Of a stretch of 32,000 bases of DNA, positions 29,453-32,000 are shown piece after piece. Source of the DNA: Mycolicibacterium smegmatis (lineage in GTDB: Bacteria; Actinomycetota; Actinomycetes; Mycobacteriales; Mycobacteriaceae); NCBI RefSeq assembly GCF_001457595.1, contig NZ_LN831039.1, forward strand, positions 1,980,001-2,012,000, in the 5' to 3' direction. The notes under the pieces were generated by a model. That model was not told where the DNA came from. It ran no database searches and saw only the letters and a program-made list of their open reading frames with translations. Position numbers and translations under genes: made by a program. Each line of letters starts with the position of its first letter. The first letter of the stretch is position 1.

Positions 29453-29490
29453 CCAAGTTGCCAAGTTGCTAAGTTGCTAAGTTGCTAAGT
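29453..29490. repeat. 8-bp tandem repeat (CCAAGTTG x2, CTAAGTTG x2, CTAAGT) just inside the right end of the second IS
   Basis: Read directly from the sequence: ccaagttg ccaagttg ctaagttg ctaagttg ctaagt. It lies between the terminal repeat (ends 29503) and the orfA start (29417). Confidence 0.9.
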
Positions 29491-29549
29491 ACCAGTGGAC
29501 TCAACTCACCCTGACACCCAGGGAACTGCTGGAGCGCGACTCCTTCTAC

Positions 29550-29843
29550 TCAGCGCATCAAATACGTGTAGTAATTGCCGATACATTCGAGCGCTTTCGG
29601 GGAGAGTTCGGGATGCCTCGCATGCATCTCTGCCTCGACGAAATCGCCGGCGTCGTTGAGGGTCATGTGAGACCAGTCAGGACGGAGGCTCATGGCTTCG
29701 TCGAGTAGTTCGCGAACGAGGGCTCTCGCAGCCTGCGCGGATTGGGTGCCGTAGAAAGCGTCGAACTCGGTGTCATTCTTACCCGGGTAATGCTTGAGGT
29801 AGAGCGTGAGTGCCTCGCTCGCATCAATGTCGATGCCGGTCAC
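29550..29843 (-). CDS. Small hypothetical protein, third gene of the low-GC operon (candidate immunity/accessory protein)
   Basis: 97 aa. GTG 29843 lies 4 nt after AGGAGGA. Acidic, predicted helical, with no family I recognise. Begins 36 nt downstream of the previous gene. Confidence 0.65.
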   Translation of the reverse strand: MTGIDIDASEALTLYLKHYPGKNDTEFDAFYGTQSAQAARALVRELLDEAMSLRPDWSHMTLNDAGDFVEAEMHARHPELSPKALECIGNYYTYLMR

Positions 29844-29879
29844 GATGTCCTCCTGCGGAGCAAAGAAAGAAGAGAGCCG

Positions 29880-30629
29880 TCAGATTACGTCACGTCCGAG
29901 CAATATCCAGTCGTCAGCTTCATTGACGACTCGAACTCCGGGTATATCCGGGTTGCTCTTGATCATGTTTACTAGAGCGTCCCAAGTGATGCCGCCGTAG
30001 GAGATACCGGGGCGGTTTCGCGTCGTGTAGGTCAGCACCCATCCGGCCCGTCCGGCTGCCGACGAAGTCACAATGTCCGGCTGTCCCGCGTTGGCACCGT
30101 CCTTCAGGTGGAGGTACAGCTCTCGTCCACGAAGGTGAGTTATTGCTGATCCGTACCAACCGTCTGATGTCATTTCTGCAGCATCCGAGATCACTCTCTC
30201 GAGGTCGTCGGCTACCACCAGTGGATTGGGGGTTCGGTCTGCCTCGGGTGTGGAAAGGTCGGCCAGGATGACAGGGAATTGGACGCGCGGGATCGCAACA
30301 GTTTCGTTTCTCATGTTCGCGACGACGAGCCAGTCTGGGCGTACGGTTTCGTAGGCCGCCTTCAGGATGTTCGACCATTGCGAGGCGACGAAACGATCGG
30401 GAAGATCGGGATGGCGTCTCGATGTGTAAACGACCATCGCCGAACTGTCATCGTCCAGTTTGCGCAACCGCGTGGACAGGACACGGTTGCCGTCGATCTC
30501 CCGCTCGGTGGCGACGTAGTACAGCGTCACACCATCGAGTGCTCGAAACAACTCCAATCGAGCACGACCGTCGCCGGTGTCCTGGGCGGCCGAGGAGAAT
30601 ATTCGCGCGCGCTGGTCTTTATCGATCAC
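29880..30629 (-). CDS. Hypothetical protein with two tandem homologous modules, second gene of the low-GC operon (candidate immunity protein; faint SseB-like pattern)
   Basis: 249 aa. GTG 30629 lies 7 nt after GAGGA. The internal repeat pairs AMVVYTSRRHPD...SQWSNILKAAYETVRPDWLVVANMRNETVAIPR with WVLTYTTRNRPG...ITWDALVNMIKSNPDIPGVRVVNEADDWILLGR. Confidence 0.7.
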   Translation of the reverse strand: MIDKDQRARIFSSAAQDTGDGRARLELFRALDGVTLYYVATEREIDGNRVLSTRLRKLDDDSSAMVVYTSRRHPDLPDRFVASQWSNILKAAYETVRPDWLVVANMRNETVAIPRVQFPVILADLSTPEADRTPNPLVVADDLERVISDAAEMTSDGWYGSAITHLRGRELYLHLKDGANAGQPDIVTSSAAGRAGWVLTYTTRNRPGISYGGITWDALVNMIKSNPDIPGVRVVNEADDWILLGRDVI

Positions 30630-30703
30630 TGTGAGGTCCTCGGAGTCGGTTGTCGATCGGTAGTCCGGAGAACAAAGGCGACAGGTAGGTGTTCGGGCAT
30701 GGC

Positions 30704-32000
30704 TTACCAGTCATCATCGCCGAGGTTTTCAGGTTCAGGCCAGGGATACTTCTCAATGAAATCGTAGGTGTCCTGGTGGTAGATCCCGTGGACGTCGAAA
30801 ACTCTGTGGTTCCAGGAACCGAGGCACGCCACGAAGTCAACCGCTCCCATGTTCGGCTGTAGAAGGTCACTGAGTGTTGTCGCTCGATCAACCGTGTGCG
30901 GAGTACCTACAATGTTCATGTCGTCGGGCGGCAAAAGTGTGTAGTTGGGCATCGTTTCGCCTGGGTAGTACGTCTTCTTGAAGACGCGGGAGGTGTCCCC
31001 ACCCGACTCGATGAGATTCCCCAGCGACTGCGTGATCGGAGAACCATGTTCGCCGTACACCGTCACGGATGTGTCTGCGGGGACGGTGAACGTTCCATCG
31101 CCGCTGTGGTAATCACCATGCCCGCTTATCTTGTAGCGGCCGTCTGGCCCGACGGCGTTCTCGCGCGGACCGTCGTCGTCGCTGTAGCCACGATCATCGC
31201 CCCGCTGTTGATCGGTGTCGTCCCGCCAGCTATGGCTTGGCTCTGCGCGCACATCCGCGTCAGGCTTGTTCGATGCTCGATCGATTGAATCCTGATCTGT
31301 ATCCCGAAGAGTACGACTATCTGTCTCCGAAGTGAGTCCGTCGTGTCTTGCGGTTGGTTCCATCTGGCCATTCGGCGCAGGACCATCGGCAGATGTCGTT
31401 CTGTGGAACAACTCGGTTGCCCTGCCCGTGTCCGGGTCGATCTGGACAATTCGAGTGACATTCGGGTTATCCATCAGACGTGGAATCTCGACCGTCTGCC
31501 AGATGTTGCCTGGCCGAAGGTCGCTGCCCACGATCGCCGTAACGTCGCCGCGAGCATTCTCAGCATATGCCGCCGAAGCGTCTTCCCAGAACCTGACTGA
31601 TTCGGGATCGTGACGGTTCCATGCGGGCAACGGATGCACGCCGTTGCGCTCAAGCGTCATCTCGAGCGTTGTCCCGTTCGAGCCCTCCGCAATTCGCTCG
31701 GCAATTCCAGAGCCGTCCGGTCCTACGCCGACCCCGTTCGCGTCGCGTCCTGACCAATAGTGAGCCGAATCAGGTTCTGTTCTTGTCAGACGAAGGAGTT
31801 CGTCATAAGACGGCAGGCTGCCCGGAACGTAGTGGCCATTCTCATCGAGCATCGGGTTGTAGTCGAGATCTGACTTTGCAGGATCCGTGAATGCGTCGCC
31901 GTCGTGCACAGGCGGCTCCAGCCCACTGGAGTCGTGCGGTGGTTCGGGTTTCGGGGGTGGGGAGTTGTGGTGAGAATCGGACGGCGGCACAGACGAACCC
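30704..32000 (-). CDS. Multidomain putative secreted toxin (5' end outside the window): Pro-rich linker, ADP-ribosyl cyclase/CD38-like domain, acidic linker, C-terminal His/Cys domain
   Basis: The frame is open to the window edge; GTG 31990 is only the ORF finder's start. Residues about 45-196 carry YWSG, TTLEMTL, RFWEDASAAYAENARGDVTAIVGSD and IWQTVEIPRL, matching the four conserved ADP-ribosyl cyclase/CD38 motifs as I recall them. TAA stop at 30704-30706. Confidence 0.75.
   Translation of the reverse strand, partial: GSSVPPSDSHHNSPPPKPEPPHDSSGLEPPVHDGDAFTDPAKSDLDYNPMLDENGHYVPGSLPSYDELLRLTRTEPDSAHYWSGRDANGVGVGPDGSGIAERIAEGSNGTTLEMTLERNGVHPLPAWNRHDPESVRFWEDASAAYAENARGDVTAIVGSDLRPGNIWQTVEIPRLMDNPNVTRIVQIDPDTGRATELFHRTTSADGPAPNGQMEPTARHDGLTSETDSRTLRDTDQDSIDRASNKPDADVRAEPSHSWRDDTDQQRGDDRGYSDDDGPRENAVGPDGRYKISGHGDYHSGDGTFTVPADTSVTVYGEHGSPITQSLGNLIESGGDTSRVFKKTYYPGETMPNYTLLPPDDMNIVGTPHTVDRATTLSDLLQPNMGAVDFVACLGSWNHRVFDVHGIYHQDTYDFIEKYPWPEPENLGDDDW

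Larger units (their letters stand above)
27961..29503 (-). mobile_element. Second, different IS3-family insertion sequence, 1543 bp
   Basis: The ends are TGAGTCCAGTGG (27961-) and the reverse complement of the right end, TGAGTCCACTGG (-29503). orfA and orfB overlap as TGATG, with orfB in the -1 frame. No target-site duplication is recognisable. Confidence 0.85.

Noticed and set aside
29550-30629. Classical type II toxin-antitoxin pair for the two small ORFs
   Set aside because: I recognise no HTH/RHH/AbrB antitoxin fold and no known TA toxin motifs. Their position directly downstream of a multidomain toxin-like gene fits immunity genes better.
30626-30700. 24-codon ORF (MPEHLPVAFVLRTTDRQPTPRTSQ) between the toxin gene and the 249-aa gene, with its stop overlapping the GTG start as GTGA
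   Set aside because: It has no SD sequence and is very short. It could be chance, so it is kept only as a possible coupling ORF rather than a called gene.

Overview
High-GC (about 70% in sampled lines) actinobacterial chromosome that looks like Mycobacterium/Mycolicibacterium; this is inferred from gene order and not searched. Positions 1-11,040 are a core block with the same gene order as M. tuberculosis Rv3257c-Rv3248c: manB, a SIS-like ORF, manA, an FAD oxidoreductase, an APC amino-acid permease, alkB-rubA-rubB-tetR and sahH. A bidirectional terminator follows, and the rest looks accessory. It holds DUF421 and TRIC-type membrane proteins, then a three-subunit formate dehydrogenase whose catalytic subunit carries an in-frame TGA (selenocysteine) with a SECIS hairpin. 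The complete Sec machinery sits beside it (selB, selA and tRNA-Sec on the minus strand, selD divergent). Next come NhaA fused to a DsbA-like domain that has lost its CXXC, and a translationally coupled pair of a TPR-AAA+ ATPase and a TPR/4-TM protein. After that, a membrane-protein gene is split in frame by an IS3-family element, with a second IS3-family element 298 bp away. The last 2.5 kb drops to about 47-52% GC and carries a three-gene minus-strand operon. Its first gene is cut at the 5' end by the window edge. It encodes a proline-rich linker, a domain whose four motifs match ADP-ribosyl cyclase/CD38 NAD glycohydrolases, an acidic low-complexity linker and a C-terminal His/Cys domain. Two small ORFs with good Shine-Dalgarno (SD) ribosome-binding sequences follow it. 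I read this as an uncharacterised polymorphic-toxin/immunity-type cassette, and it is the most interesting locus in the window. Many long ORFs in the supplied track are antisense shadows typical of high-GC DNA and are rejected.
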